Notes: a model not told the origin generated them from the sequence alone. Positions 9,375 to 21,100 are shown, counted from the stretch's first letter. The stretch: 64,000 bases of DNA from an uncultured Spirochaetota bacterium (GCA_963845535.1 CAWJSK010000018.1:96001-160000), one strand, 5' to 3'. Numbers and translations are program-made.

Positions 9375-11297
9375 CTATTTCCCCGCAACGCTGAGGGCGG
9401 ACTGCACTTTTCCCATGGGGGCGGAGATCTGGGCTCCGGCGATTGCTCCCCGAAGCGCTTCCAGGATCTCGCGCGCAATGGCAATCCCTTCCTCCAGGGC
9501 CGCTTCCTTTGTGTCGCATTTCGCCATGCGGCTGACAACCTCATCCGGCACGGAGACCCCGGGGACTTCGTTCTTCATGAACTCGGCGTTTCGCTGGCTT
9601 GCAAGCGGCCAAATCCCCGCAACGATGGGTATGACCTTTTGCCCCCGCATGCCGTCCAGGAACCGCAGGAGCGAGTCAGCGTCGAACACTGGTTGCGTGA
9701 TGGCGAACTCCGCCCCCGCCTCCATCTTCAGCTTGAAGCGCTCCAGCTCCCGCTCGGGATTGACCGCGTTGGGGTTGAGGCCCACGCCAATGCAGAACTC
9801 CGTTGTGGCCCCCACGGCGTTGCCTCCCAGGTCATACCCGTGGTTCAGCATGCTCATGAGCCGGACCAGGCCAATGGAGTCGATGTTGAAGACGGCGGTT
9901 GCATCCGGGTAGGTGCCCATGTTGGGCGGGTCCCCGGTAACTGCCAGCACGTTTCGGATCCCCAGGGCGTGCGCGCCCAGCAGGTCGGCCTGCAGCGCGA
10001 GCAGGTTCTTGTCCTTGCACGTGTAGTGAGGGATTGTCTCGATGCCGGCTTTCTGCTGAAGGAGCACGGAGGCCATCAGCGCGCTCATCTTGACCTGCGC
10101 GCGCGGGCTGTCAGGGACGTTGATGGCGTTGATACCGGCCTTCTTGAGAACGAGTGCGTTTTCGATGAGCTTGGCGTGCTCGATCCCCTTGGGGGGCACC
10201 AACTCGACGCACGTAACGAACTCTCCCCGGGCAATCCGGGCAGCCCACGCGCTTTTCTTCTCCAGTGCCACCGGCGGTTTGCCGGCTTGGGGAACCACGA
10301 CGCTGATGTGCTCGGACTGTATGCTGGGCTGGAGCGCTCGGATCTCGTTCCTGATCTCCTTGATGTGGGCCGGGGTGGTCCCGCAGCAGCCCCCCACGAT
10401 GCGCACGCCGAACTGGATCATGCGCTTGGCGTACTTTGCCATGTAGGTGGGAGTGGTGGGATATATGTTGCGGCCGTTCACGTTGAGCGGCACCCCCGCG
10501 TTCGGCTGGATGCACAGGGGGCGCGCGGTAACCCTGATCATCTTCTCCGCGGTCTCCAGCATCACCCGCGGGCCTTCCGAGCAATTCAGTCCGATTGCCT
10601 CAGGCCCCAGCTCGTCGATACGCGCGGTGAAAACCTCGGGGTCCGTGCCATACAGGGAGGTGCCTTCGCTGTTGATGGTGAGAGAGGCGACCACGGGCAG
10701 GTCACACCCGCGCCGAGCGCCGCGCACCGCGGCCGCAAGCTCCCGCAGGTCCACGAACGTTTCCAGGATGAGGAGGTCCGCGCCGGCCTGGGCAAGGGCC
10801 CTGACCTGCTTCTCGAAGAGGTCTTCCGCCTCCGCCGCGCTCATGCGGCCCAGCGGTTCGACGTTGACGCCGAGGGGGCCAATGGACCCCGCAACGTGGA
10901 CCGCGTCCTGGCGGCCTGCATCCTCGATTGCCTGCCGGGCCAGCTTCACAGCGCGCTCGTTGATGGAGGCGAACTTCCCTTCGAGTCCGGCGGCGCGCAG
11001 CTTGGGGAGGCCCGCGCCCCAGCTATTGGTGGTGAGCACGTCAACGCCCGCATCCAGGTAATCCCGATGGATGCCGAGAACGAGCTTCGGGTCCGAAAGA
11101 CAGACCTCCTCGAAGCAGCGATTGAGGAACACGCCCTTCTGGTAGAGCATGGTCCCCATTGCCCCGTCGAAGAGAATGGTGGCTTCACCGGAGAGCCGAG
11201 CGCGGAAATCCTTTTTCACTCGATGGTTGGGGCCGGCTCCTCTATCCAGCGGCTTTCGCGCCAACGGCTTTTGCGTTGGCGGCCGCGTAGCGCTCAC
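9375..11297 (-). CDS. yitJ: Bifunctional homocysteine S-methyltransferase / methylenetetrahydrofolate reductase (YitJ-like); true start may be GTG 11219
   Basis: FDGAMGT, GLNCSEGP and GGCCGTTP (Zn-binding) motifs, then an MTHFR domain (VELVPP, TGDP, ITQPVFD). Confidence 0.9.
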   Translation of the reverse strand: MSATRPPTQKPLARKPLDRGAGPNHRVKKDFRARLSGEATILFDGAMGTMLYQKGVFLNRCFEEVCLSDPKLVLGIHRDYLDAGVDVLTTNSWGAGLPKLRAAGLEGKFASINERAVKLARQAIEDAGRQDAVHVAGSIGPLGVNVEPLGRMSAAEAEDLFEKQVRALAQAGADLLILETFVDLRELAAAVRGARRGCDLPVVASLTINSEGTSLYGTDPEVFTARIDELGPEAIGLNCSEGPRVMLETAEKMIRVTARPLCIQPNAGVPLNVNGRNIYPTTPTYMAKYAKRMIQFGVRIVGGCCGTTPAHIKEIRNEIRALQPSIQSEHISVVVPQAGKPPVALEKKSAWAARIARGEFVTCVELVPPKGIEHAKLIENALVLKKAGINAINVPDSPRAQVKMSALMASVLLQQKAGIETIPHYTCKDKNLLALQADLLGAHALGIRNVLAVTGDPPNMGTYPDATAVFNIDSIGLVRLMSMLNHGYDLGGNAVGATTEFCIGVGLNPNAVNPERELERFKLKMEAGAEFAITQPVFDADSLLRFLDGMRGQKVIPIVAGIWPLASQRNAEFMKNEVPGVSVPDEVVSRMAKCDTKEAALEEGIAIAREILEALRGAIAGAQISAPMGKVQSALSVAGK

Positions 11298-13567
11298 GCA
11301 GCTTTCGGGCAGCGGATACGAGCGCCGCGAGGGACGGCTCCACCTCCTTCCACTCCCGGGTCTTCAGACCGCAATCCGGGTTGACCCAGAGTTGCCAGGG
11401 TTGTAGCACGGCCAGCGCCTTCGTGAGAAGCTCTTCCATCTCTTCGGCGGCGGGCACGCGCGGGGAATGGATGTCATAGACGCCCGGCCCGATCTCGTTG
11501 GGGTAGTGGAACGTGGAGAACGAGCCCAGGAGCTCCATGCGGGAGCGGGTGGTTTCGATGGAAAGGACGTCGGCGTCCATCTCCGCGATGGAGGGAAGGA
11601 TGTCGTCGAACTGCGCGTAGCACATGTGGGAGTGAATCTGCGTGGAATCCCTGACGCCGCTTGCGGCAATGCGGAACGAGTCCACGGCCCAGCGCAAGTA
11701 GCTTTTCCACTGGGACCTTCGCAGCGGCAGCCCCTCGCGCAGCGCGGGCTCATCGATCTGGATCACCCGAATCCCCGCCGCTTCAAGGTCCTTCACTTCG
11801 TCCCGCATGGCAAGGGCGATCTGCTTGCATGTCTGCTCCGCCGGCTGGTCGTTCCTCACGAAGCTCCAGCAGAGGATGGTCACGGGACCGGTTAGCATTC
11901 CTTTCACCGGCTTTCGCGTGAGGGACTGCGCGTACTTCGACCAGCGCACCGTCATGGGGGCGGAACGCTCCACGTCTCCGTAGATGATGGGGGGCTTCAC
12001 GCAGCGCGAGCCGTAACTCTGGACCCAACCGTTGGAGGTGAAGGTGAAGCCGGAGAGCATCTCACCGAAGTACTCCACCATGTCGTTGCGCTCGAACTCA
12101 CCGTGCACCAGGACGTCCAGACCCAGCTCCTCCTGAAGTCGCACCGTTCGCTCGATTTCTTTCTCAATGAACTTCTCATAGGAGAGAGTGTCGACCGAAC
12201 CGTCCTTCAGTCCAGCGCGGATGGCCCGCACTTCCTTGGTCTGCGGAAAGGACCCGATGGTCGTCGTGGGGAACGCGGGGAGGGGGATGGCAGACTCCTG
12301 GATTGCGCGCCGCTTGGCAAACGGGCTAGTCCGCTCTTTCATGGAAGGCGTCAGCTTTTCCAACCGATCACGCACGCGGGGGTTCCTGGTCCTGGGAGAT
12401 TGTGAACGGCTTTCCAGGGACCGTCGGTTGTCCTCCAGCTCGGAGGCTACGCTGTCTTTCCCCGTGTTGAGCGCCCGAGCGATGACCGACACCTCATCCA
12501 GCTTCTGCCGGGCAAAGGAAAGCCAGCTCTTGATCTCAGAGTCAAGCTGCGTTTCCAGCGTGAGGTCCTCGGGGCAGTGCAGGAGGGAGCAGGAGGAAGC
12601 AATGATGGTCCGGTCCGGGCCGATTGCGTCCACGCACTTCCGCGCTTCCCGAATGGCCGCCGCGAGGTCCGCCTTCCAGACGTTTCGGCCGTCGATCAGC
12701 CCGAGGGAAAGGACCATTTCCTTGGGCGGCCGCCGCTTGAGTATCTGCTCAAGCTGCGCCGGGCCGCGCACCAGGTCCACGTGCAGCCCTTTCACCGGGA
12801 GCTCCAGCGCCACTTCAAGGTTCTCGGCAAGCTCGCCGAAATACGTGGTCAACATGAGGGAGAGCTTTGCCGCTCCCGAAAGCCGCGCGTACGCGCGCTT
12901 CAGCGCGTCTTTCTGGGCAGGGGAAAGGTCGGTGACGAGAATTGGCTCATCCACCTGGACCCAGGAAGCCCCTCGGGAGGCAAGCTGCCGGAGCACTTCC
13001 TCGTAGACGGGAAGGACCGCGTCAAGGCGCGACAACGGATCAACCGAACCCTCCGTTCCTTTGGCGAGGGAGAGGAAAGTCACAGGGCCCACGATCACCG
13101 GGCGGCCGGCAATGCCGGCCGCTCCCGCTTCCGCGTACTGATCCAGCACCTGCGGCCAGGAAAGCCTGAACTGCTGGTCCGGGGAGATCTCGGGAACGAT
13201 ATAATGGTAGTTCGTGTCGAACCACTTCGTCATTTCAAGGGCAGGGACGTTCCCACGCTGGCTTCCTCGGGCCATCGCAAAATAGCCCAGGAGGGGGTCT
13301 TCCCGGGAAAGCGCTTCATATCGGGCGGGAACGGCGCCGAGCATGACCGCGGCGTCAAGCACGTGGTCATAGAGGGAAAAGTCTCCCTGAAGGGATAAAG
13401 TCCACGCCCGCGCGCTTCTGGAGCGACCAGTGGTTGAGGCGGATCCTCGCCGCTTCCGCAAGGAGCGCTTTCTGGTCGATGCGGGATGACCAGAATTGCT
13501 CGAGGGACTTTTTCAGTTCACGCGCAGCGCCCATGCGCGGGTAGCCGAGAATCGCGGTTCGTATCAT
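11242..13567 (-). CDS. metE: Cobalamin-independent methionine synthase, split by a +1 frameshift at about 13385-13387 (probable sequencing error, or pseudogene)
   Basis: The N-terminus MIRTAILGYPRMGAARELKK..FIPSG joins DFSLYDHVLD if one G is removed from TCAGGGAGAC. The rest has MTKWFDTNYHY, TTTIGSFPQT, HSHMCY and WVNPDCGLKTR. Confidence 0.92.
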
Positions 13568-13698
13568 GCCTTTGCCTCTCTCGTCGAAACGGTCTTTTCC
13601 AACAAAATAGGGTTCACCAGGCCAGCGGGCAAGGCAAATCGTCGTGTGGACGGCCGAGGCTTTTGCTATATACACTCTGCGTGCACGAGGAGGAATGC

Positions 13699-14076
13699 AT
13701 GAAGAGGAAACTGATGTTTCTGGTTCTTCTGGGCGCCATTCTTGTCCCGGGCGTTCTCTTTGCTGATCCGGTTGGGATCCACGGCGTCGGGGTAAGCTCC
13801 CAGAAACTTGCCAACGGCAACGTCATGGTCCATTTCACCGTCCGCGTGGACATCACCACAACGCCGCTTGTCTTCAACTACCACTGGGAGCGGTCCGACG
13901 GCGCAAAGTCCGCGGTCAAGATGTGGTCCGTGAAACCCGGCGTAAGCTCCATCCCCGTCACGACAACCTGGGAGATGGGTCCCAACCATCCCGCAGAAGT
14001 CTGGGAGAAGCTTTTCATCAACACGGGAAACACGCACCTGGAGTCCCAACAGATCAAGATCGCCCTTCCCCAGTAG
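13699..14076 (+). CDS. Small secreted beta-rich (Ig-like?) hypothetical protein
   Basis: GAGGAGG RBS; signal peptide MKRKLMFLVLLGAILVPGVLFA; alternating beta-strand pattern with Y.WERSDGA. Confidence 0.7.
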   Translation: MKRKLMFLVLLGAILVPGVLFADPVGIHGVGVSSQKLANGNVMVHFTVRVDITTTPLVFNYHWERSDGAKSAVKMWSVKPGVSSIPVTTTWEMGPNHPAEVWEKLFINTGNTHLESQQIKIALPQ

Positions 14077-14092
14077 TGACAGGAGGCCGGGA

Positions 14093-15040
14093 ATGAGATT
14101 TCGAGCTTTGTGTGCTCTTGCAGTGTTCCTGGCTCTGACTCAGGCGCTTTCCGCCGCGCCTGTCACGTTGACCGTCTTCGGCGCCGGCACACTTGCGGCG
14201 CCGTTCAAGAAAATCGATGAGGCCTTCATGCGGCTGCACCCGCAGATCGTCGTGCAGGCCCAGTTCGGCGGCAGCGTCAAGATGGTCAAGCAGGTGACCG
14301 AGCTGCACCAATTGGCGGACGTTGTGGCAGTGGCGGATTACAACGTCATCCCGAAGTATCTTTTCGGCGCAAACGGCACGCCCGTCTACTCCGACTGGTA
14401 TGCCGGTTTTGCCACGAACGCAATCACGTTCGTCTACACGGACCGGAGCAAGTTCGCCTCTGAGCTCACCCCGCAGAACTGGTACAAGGTCCTCTCCCGT
14501 CCGGGGGTTCAGATCGGCCGTTCCAACCCTGACACAGACCCGTCTGGCTATCAGACCGTCCAGATGCTCGCCCTCGCGGAGAAATACTACGGCCAGCCTG
14601 GCCTTGAAGCAGCCATCCTCCACAATGCCCCCACAACGAACATGCGGGACACGGAAACCGAGCTCATTGCAGCCTTGCAGTCCGGGCAGATCGACTACCT
14701 GGCAATCTATCTCTCTGATGCGCGCCAGCACGGCTTTCAGTACCTCGAGCTGTCGCCGGAGATCAACTTGAGCGACGCACGGTTCTCGCCTTCCTACGCG
14801 CAGGCTTCGGTCCAGACGGCCAACGGGTCGCTCTCGGGCAAACCCATCGTCTACGCTGTGACCATCCCGAACAACGCGGTGCACCCGGATGCCGCGCGCA
14901 TGTTCCTTCAGTTCCTTCTCGGTGTGGAAGGACAGAAGGTGATGAAGGCAAGTGGTTTCGGACCAGTGGCGCCGGCCTATGCCAATGACCTGGGCAAGGT
15001 CCCCGCGGAGCTCAAGCCGCTGGTTACTCCCTGGCCCTGA
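14093..15040 (+). CDS. wtpA: Molybdate/tungstate ABC transporter substrate-binding protein (WtpA/ModA-like)
   Basis: Signal peptide, AGTL, GGSV, ADVVAVADY, GRSNPDTDPSGY and IVYAVTIP motifs. Confidence 0.82.
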   Translation: MRFRALCALAVFLALTQALSAAPVTLTVFGAGTLAAPFKKIDEAFMRLHPQIVVQAQFGGSVKMVKQVTELHQLADVVAVADYNVIPKYLFGANGTPVYSDWYAGFATNAITFVYTDRSKFASELTPQNWYKVLSRPGVQIGRSNPDTDPSGYQTVQMLALAEKYYGQPGLEAAILHNAPTTNMRDTETELIAALQSGQIDYLAIYLSDARQHGFQYLELSPEINLSDARFSPSYAQASVQTANGSLSGKPIVYAVTIPNNAVHPDAARMFLQFLLGVEGQKVMKASGFGPVAPAYANDLGKVPAELKPLVTPWP

Positions 15041-15050
15041 GCCGCGTGAG

Positions 15051-15866
15051 GTGAGTGCCGCCAACCGGGGGCCTTCACGCGGCCTTCTCCTCGTTTTCTG
15101 GCTTGCCGGCGGCGTGCTGCTCGCGTTCATCCTTCTGCCGCTCCTGCAGATGGCCCTGAACCAGACCCCGGCGCGCCTGGAGCTCGTGGCGTCAATGGCG
15201 GACGTTCGGTCCGCCATCGGGTTGAGCCTGGAGGCGGCGCTTTTTACCACCGTCGTGGCCTGCCTGCTGGGCGTGCCGTTGGCATACCTTCTGGCGCGCG
15301 TCCAGTTCCCCGGCAAGGCGATTATCGAGGCGGTGGTTGACCTGCCCCTTGCAATCCCCCACACCGTTGTCGGAATAGCCTTGCTTTTCGTCTTTGGACG
15401 CACGGGGTTGGTGGGTCGGTCAGTGAATGCGCTCACCGGCTACCAGTTCTGGGGGACCTTCGGCGGCATTGTGGTCGCCATGCTGTTCGTGAGCATCACC
15501 TACACGGTGAATGCCGCGCGGGTCGGCTTCGAGTCCGTCAACACCCGCCTGGAGAAGGTGGCGCGCACCCTTGGCGTGGGGCCGTGGGGCGTGTTCGGCC
15601 AGGTGACGCTGCCCCTCGCCCGGCGGGGCATTCTCACCGGACTCACGCTGACCTTCGCGCGCTCCATCAGCGAGTATGGCGCGGTGATCGTCCTGACGTA
15701 TTTCCCCATGACCGCGCCGGTCAAGATCTACGACCTGTTCATGCAGACCGGGCTGGAGGACTCCTCCGCAATGGCGGTATTGTTCCTTGCTGTATCTCTC
15801 ACGCTCTTCATTCTGTTTCGCTATCTCGCCCACGGCCGCCGCTCCACGCGGCAGCGCAGCGGATGA
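15051..15866 (+). CDS. wtpB: Molybdate/tungstate ABC transporter permease
   Basis: DLPLAIPHTVVG, EAA-like loop LEKVARTLG, and FARSISEYGA. Confidence 0.85.
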   Translation: MSAANRGPSRGLLLVFWLAGGVLLAFILLPLLQMALNQTPARLELVASMADVRSAIGLSLEAALFTTVVACLLGVPLAYLLARVQFPGKAIIEAVVDLPLAIPHTVVGIALLFVFGRTGLVGRSVNALTGYQFWGTFGGIVVAMLFVSITYTVNAARVGFESVNTRLEKVARTLGVGPWGVFGQVTLPLARRGILTGLTLTFARSISEYGAVIVLTYFPMTAPVKIYDLFMQTGLEDSSAMAVLFLAVSLTLFILFRYLAHGRRSTRQRSG

Positions 15867-16915
15867 GCGACGCGCTTCGGCTGCGGGGGGTCAGCCTGAC
15901 CCTCGGTGATTTTGCGCTCCGCGACATCACGTTCACGCTTGCGCGGGGGGAGATTTTCGTCATCCTCGGCCCAAGCGGCGCGGGGAAGTCAGTGCTTCTC
16001 GAAACGATTGCGGGGTTCCATCAGCCTGACCAGGGTGAGATCCTCATTGGAGAGCGTGACATGACGCACGCCCAGCCCGAGGCGCGCCGAATCGGCTTGA
16101 TCTTCCAGGACTACGCGCTGTTCCCGCATCTGACGGTTGCCCGCAACGTGCAGTTCGCCTGCCGCGCCGACCCTGCGCGGGCGCGCGGGCTGCTTTCGAG
16201 GCTTGGTCTGGCGCACCTCGCGGAGCGCAAGCCCGCGAACTTGAGCGGCGGTGAGAAGCAACGAGTGGCGCTTGCCCGCGCGCTCGCCATGGACCCCAGT
16301 GTCTTCCTTTTCGACGAGCCGCTCTCCGCCCAGGACGCTCGCGCGCGTGACACGCTGCGCGACGAGCTGAAGTCCCTCCTGCGGCAACTGGGACTGCCGG
16401 CGGTCTACGTGACGCACGACCAGTCTGAGGCGCTCGTGCTGGCGGACAGGCTGGCCGTCATGGGCGGCGGAGCGCTGCTTCAGGTCGGCACGCCGTCTGA
16501 GGTTTTCAACGCGCCTGCCAACGAGTTCGTGGCCCGGTTTGTAGGCGTGGAGACGGTGCTGGAAGGACGGACCGTGGGCGCAGAAGACGGTGACCTCCGT
16601 ATTGAGCTGGGAGGGCATGAGATTCACGCCGTAGGGGAAACCGCGGTTGCGCGGCGGGTCCTTGTCTGCATCCGTCCGGAGAATGTCGCCATCTCACGCC
16701 GAAAGAGCGCGGAATCCAGCGTCCGAAACCAGTTCGAAGCGCGCGTAGCCCAGGTGTCGTCCCTTGGTCATGTTTTCAAGATCACGCTGGACTGCGGGTT
16801 CCCCCTCACCGCGTACGTGACCAAGCAGTCATACCTGGAGCTGAACCTCGAGCCGGGCGCGCTCGTTGTTGCCGGCTTCAAGGCCACGGCAATCCACATC
16901 ATCACTCGGGAGTAG
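15863..16915 (+). CDS. wtpC: Molybdate/tungstate ABC transporter ATPase with TOBE domain
   Basis: GPSGAGKS, LSGGEKQRVALARAL and FDEP motifs; C-terminal TOBE (FKATAIH); ATGA overlap with the permease. Confidence 0.87.
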   Translation: MSDALRLRGVSLTLGDFALRDITFTLARGEIFVILGPSGAGKSVLLETIAGFHQPDQGEILIGERDMTHAQPEARRIGLIFQDYALFPHLTVARNVQFACRADPARARGLLSRLGLAHLAERKPANLSGGEKQRVALARALAMDPSVFLFDEPLSAQDARARDTLRDELKSLLRQLGLPAVYVTHDQSEALVLADRLAVMGGGALLQVGTPSEVFNAPANEFVARFVGVETVLEGRTVGAEDGDLRIELGGHEIHAVGETAVARRVLVCIRPENVAISRRKSAESSVRNQFEARVAQVSSLGHVFKITLDCGFPLTAYVTKQSYLELNLEPGALVVAGFKATAIHIITRE

Positions 16916-16928
16916 CGCCCCCGCGGGG

Positions 16929-18143
16929 TCAGAGCTGCCTGTCCCCGAGGAACCTCAGGGCCAGCTCCGTGTAGAGCTCGACAGCGTTCAGGTAGTCTTT
17001 GATCTCCACGTATTCATCCGGCTTGTGGGCAAGCTCTTCCCTGCCCGGGCCAATGATAACGAACGGAATCACGGGGTCGGAGCACAGGGCGCTTGCATCC
17101 GTGGCAAACCCCGGCGTTGGGAGCGGCTTCACCGCGCGGCCGAGCTTCTCCTGGCAGACCTGGAGGACAAGTCCGACTATGGGGTCCTGCGCGGAGGTGG
17201 CCACCGCGGCGCGGCTTCCCGTGGGCCGTATGTCCACGCGCATGCCGGGAAGCTTCTCCCGGGCCCTCGCTGCGGCGACGCGCACCTGCTCCATGAGGCC
17301 GGCCTCGGTAACACCGGGCGGAAGCCGGAAATCCAGGCTTACGCGGCATAGGTCAGGCACGACGTTGGGACCCACTCCGCCGTGGATGGTCCCGATGTTG
17401 AGGGTGGTTTTTCCGTTGGCGGGGTCCGGACCCTCCGTGAGCGGTATGCAAAGCACTTCGGCCAGGAGCGCGTGCATGTCCACGATGGCGTTGCGGCCCA
17501 GGTGCGGCATGGAGCCGTGAGCTGTTGAACCAACGGTCTCCAGCTCGAGCCAGCAGAGACCTTTCTGGGCGATATAGGCATTGAACCCCGTGGGCTCGCC
17601 AATCACCACGGCGCCGACCCCTCTCGTGAGCCCGTCCGCCGCCGCCTTGAGCGCGCCGGCAGCTCCGATCTCTTCGTCACAGACCGCGGAGAAGACCAAG
17701 TCCCCCCGAAGCTGCCCCGAGCGGGCGGCGCGAGCAACCGAATCAAAGGCGACCAGCATTGCCGCGAGGCCGCTTTTCATGTCCGCTGACCCCCTGCCGT
17801 AGAGCCTGCCGTCTTCGATCTGGGCGCCGAAAGGCGCGTGCTTCCAGGGGACTTCGCCGGGAGGAACCACGTCGATGTGCCCGTTGAAAAGCAGGGCGGG
17901 CGCCTCGCCGGTCCCCCGGATCCTCGCCGTGACGTTTGCCTGGCCCGGCGCGACCTCCGTCAGCTCGGGCTTGAGACCCCTGCGGTCGAGCTCCCGAGCC
18001 AGGAGCTCGGCGCCCGGCACGTCGGAGCCGGGCGGGTTGACCGTGGGGACCCGCACCAGGTCCGCCAGAAGGCGGACTGCGTCATCCTTGTCGAAGGGAA
18101 GGACACCGCGCGCCCGGGAGACTGACGGTCCCTTCGAGCGCAC
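16929..18143 (-). CDS. M20 family metallohydrolase (ArgE/DapE-like)
   Basis: GHIDVVP, GRGSADMKSG, DEE, GEPT and AHKPDE motifs; start abuts the xdh stop. Confidence 0.9.
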   Translation of the reverse strand: MRSKGPSVSRARGVLPFDKDDAVRLLADLVRVPTVNPPGSDVPGAELLARELDRRGLKPELTEVAPGQANVTARIRGTGEAPALLFNGHIDVVPPGEVPWKHAPFGAQIEDGRLYGRGSADMKSGLAAMLVAFDSVARAARSGQLRGDLVFSAVCDEEIGAAGALKAAADGLTRGVGAVVIGEPTGFNAYIAQKGLCWLELETVGSTAHGSMPHLGRNAIVDMHALLAEVLCIPLTEGPDPANGKTTLNIGTIHGGVGPNVVPDLCRVSLDFRLPPGVTEAGLMEQVRVAAARAREKLPGMRVDIRPTGSRAAVATSAQDPIVGLVLQVCQEKLGRAVKPLPTPGFATDASALCSDPVIPFVIIGPGREELAHKPDEYVEIKDYLNAVELYTELALRFLGDRQL

Positions 18144-21100
18144 TACCCGGCCTTGCCGTTTCTTCGAGCCTGGATTGCAGTGAAAATGGCCTCCGAAGTG
18201 GAAGGCGCGGGAAGGGCTACTTCCCCGCCTGGCTCGCCGAAGGAGGCAACGGCGTCACGGATGGCTTCCCGTACTGAGAAGGCCAGCATGAGCGGCGGCT
18301 CTCCTACCGCTTTGCTCCCGTGAATTGTGCCCGGCTGGGCGGCCTTGGGCAGCATGGTGATGCGCATCTCCAGAGGGGCGTCGCTGATGGCGGGAATCTG
18401 GTAGGTGCTCGCGCTGTGCGTCAGGAGCCGGCCTTCCTTGTCCCAGGCAAGCTCCTCCCGAGTGAGCCAGCCCACGCCCTGGAGGAAGCCGCCTTCGATC
18501 TGGCCGCGGTCCACCCCCGGGTTCAGGGACTCCCCCACGTCATGGACGATGTCCGTTCGAAGCACCCTGTGCATGCCGGTGTAGCCGTCCACTTCCACTT
18601 CGCTCACCGCGGCGCCGCAGGCAAAATAGTAGAAGGGATGACCTTCCTGCTTTTCCCAGTTCCAGGTGATCCCCGGCGTGGCGTAGTAGCCCGTGGCAGA
18701 GAGGCTGATGCGCTCGTTGTACGCGGATTTGCACACGTCGACAAAAGGAACTCTTGGCCTCTCCGGCAACCGCTGACTGAGCGAACCCGTCCTTGAAGAT
18801 GACCTCCTGCGCTTTGACCGAAGCCCCCGCCTTCGCGGACAGAAGCCCGGCAGCCACGGGAGCCAGCCTTTCCCGCAGCGTTACACATGCTGCCTTGACC
18901 GCGGCGCCGTTGAGGTCCGAGCCCGAGGAAGCGGCGGTGGCCGAGGTGTTGGGCACCTTGTCCGTGCTCGTGGGCATGATGCGGAAAGCGGAGGCCGGGA
19001 GCCCAAGCTCGCGCATGGCCACACCGAGCACCTTGGTGTGCAGGCCCTGTCCCATTTCCGTGCCCCCGTGGTTCACCTGGACCGTTCCGTCCTGGTAAAT
19101 CAGGACGAGGGAGCCGCCCTGGTTGTACGCGGCCAGCGTGAAGGAGATGCCGAACTTCTCTCCCGTGATCGCTAGACCGCGCTTGACCCGGTCATGCTGC
19201 TTGTTCCAGGCCTCCACCTCTTCGCGTCGCCTTGTGAAGTCCGCCTGCTCCAGGGCTTGCTTCCACATCGTCTGGATCCGGTTCTCCCCGACATCCTGCC
19301 CGTAGTGGGTCGTGTTCGTCTCCCCCGACCCGTGGTACATGTTGCGCTCCCGAACAACCTCCGGCGGAAGCCCAAGCGTGCGCGCCACCCTGTCCATGAT
19401 CTCCTCGATCACGAGCATGCCCTGTGGCCCGCCGAACCCGCGGAACGCCGTATGGGAGGTGACATTGGTGCGAACCACCCTGCCGGTGAAGGACACGGCG
19501 GGGATGTAGTAGATGTTGTCCAGATGGAAGACCGCCCTGTCGATGATGGGCTGGGAAAGGTCCAGCGACCATCCCCCGTCTGAGAAGATGTCCGCGTGCA
19601 TGCCGAGCAGCCTGCCTTCATCGTCGTACCCCGCGGAGTACTTCGAATAAAAGGGATGGCGCTTGCCCGTGATCATCATGTCGAGGTCCCGGTCCAATTG
19701 AATGCGCACGGGCTTGCCCGTTTTCACGGCAGCCAGGGCAACGAGGGCCGCGAACGTGTTACCCTGCACCTCCTTGCCGCCGAACCCGCCCCCCATGCGG
19801 GGCGCCTGGACGACAATGCTGTTGCGCGGCGCGCCCAGGACCTCGGCGACGATGGTCTGGATCTCCGACGGATGCTGCGTGGAGGAGCAGACGAAGAGCG
19901 TGCCCTTCTCCCCGACCTCCGCCCAGGCCGCGTGCGTCTCCAGGTAGAAATGCTCCTGGCCGCCAGAGCTGAGCTCACCTTCCAGGCGGTGAGGGGCTTC
20001 CGCGAGGGCTTTCTGGCAGTCGCCGCGCTTCAGCGTATGCGGGTCCGTCAGGAAGCTCTGCCGGGCGATGGCATCTTTGATTCCAAGGATGGGCGTGAGC
20101 GGCTCGTAATCCACTTCTACAAGCGCGGCGGCGGCCCGGCATTCCTTGACCGAATTGCCGACCACGAGGGCTATCAGATGGCCATGGTAGAGGACTTCAT
20201 CCGCAGCGAACAAGGGCTCGTCATGCCGTGACGTGCCAACGTTGTTGACGCCGGGGATGTCTTCCGCCATCAGGACAGCCACGACCCCCGGGGCGGCGAG
20301 CGCCTTGTCAGCGTTGCGCCGCGTGACGCGGGCGCGCGCGTACTTCGAGCACACCGGCCACGCCTCCAGCATGGGCCTCCGTTGGGCAAGGTCATCCACG
20401 AACAGGGCGTCGCCGCTGACATGGCCCCGCGCGCTTTCATGATGCAGCGCGCGGGAGAGGTCCGCCATGGTTGATCTCTCTCCCTCGGGGAAATCCAGGG
20501 CGCCGTCCACGGCTATGCTCTGCTCTCCGGAGGAGAACTTCTCCCACAGGCTGACGATCAGGCCCTTGCGGTAGGCCGCGCTGCCGCGCACGTCGTCAAT
20601 GGGCTGGTACTCCGCAGCAAGGGCCGCGGCAACCGCCTCCCGCGCTTCCTCGAGGCGCCTGCCTTCGAGCGCCGCTTCGGCCTTGCGCGCGCGCCGGGTT
20701 GCAAGGGCCACCCCGCCGTAGGCAATGCGCGCAGTGCGCACAACGCCGTCAGCGCCCAGATCTACCCGGAATGCGCCCGCCACAATACTGATGTCCAGCT
20801 CCCTGCGCTTGGACACTTTCAGGAAGTCGACCTTCCGCGTCGCCGCCTGCTTGGACCGGGGAATGACCACTTCCTGGATGACCTCTGCGGGCTTCAACGC
20901 CGTCTTTCTGTAGCCAACGAAAAAATCATCCAGCGAAACCTTTCTTTCCCCGCGTGCAGACGTGAGCACCACGGAAGCATCCAGCGTAAGGAGAACAGGC
21001 GCGCTGTCCCCAATGGGGGACGCTGTTGCCAGGTTACCGCCCATCGTGGCCCTGTTCCTGATCCCACGCGAAGCAAACACGCGCAGCATCTTGGCCAGGG

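Noticed and set aside
5185..13567. A single metE-yitJ-preT-preA-hydA operon linking methionine and pyrimidine metabolism
   Set aside because: preT has its own -10-like TATTAT and SD in a 65-nt gap, so co-orientation alone is insufficient evidence.
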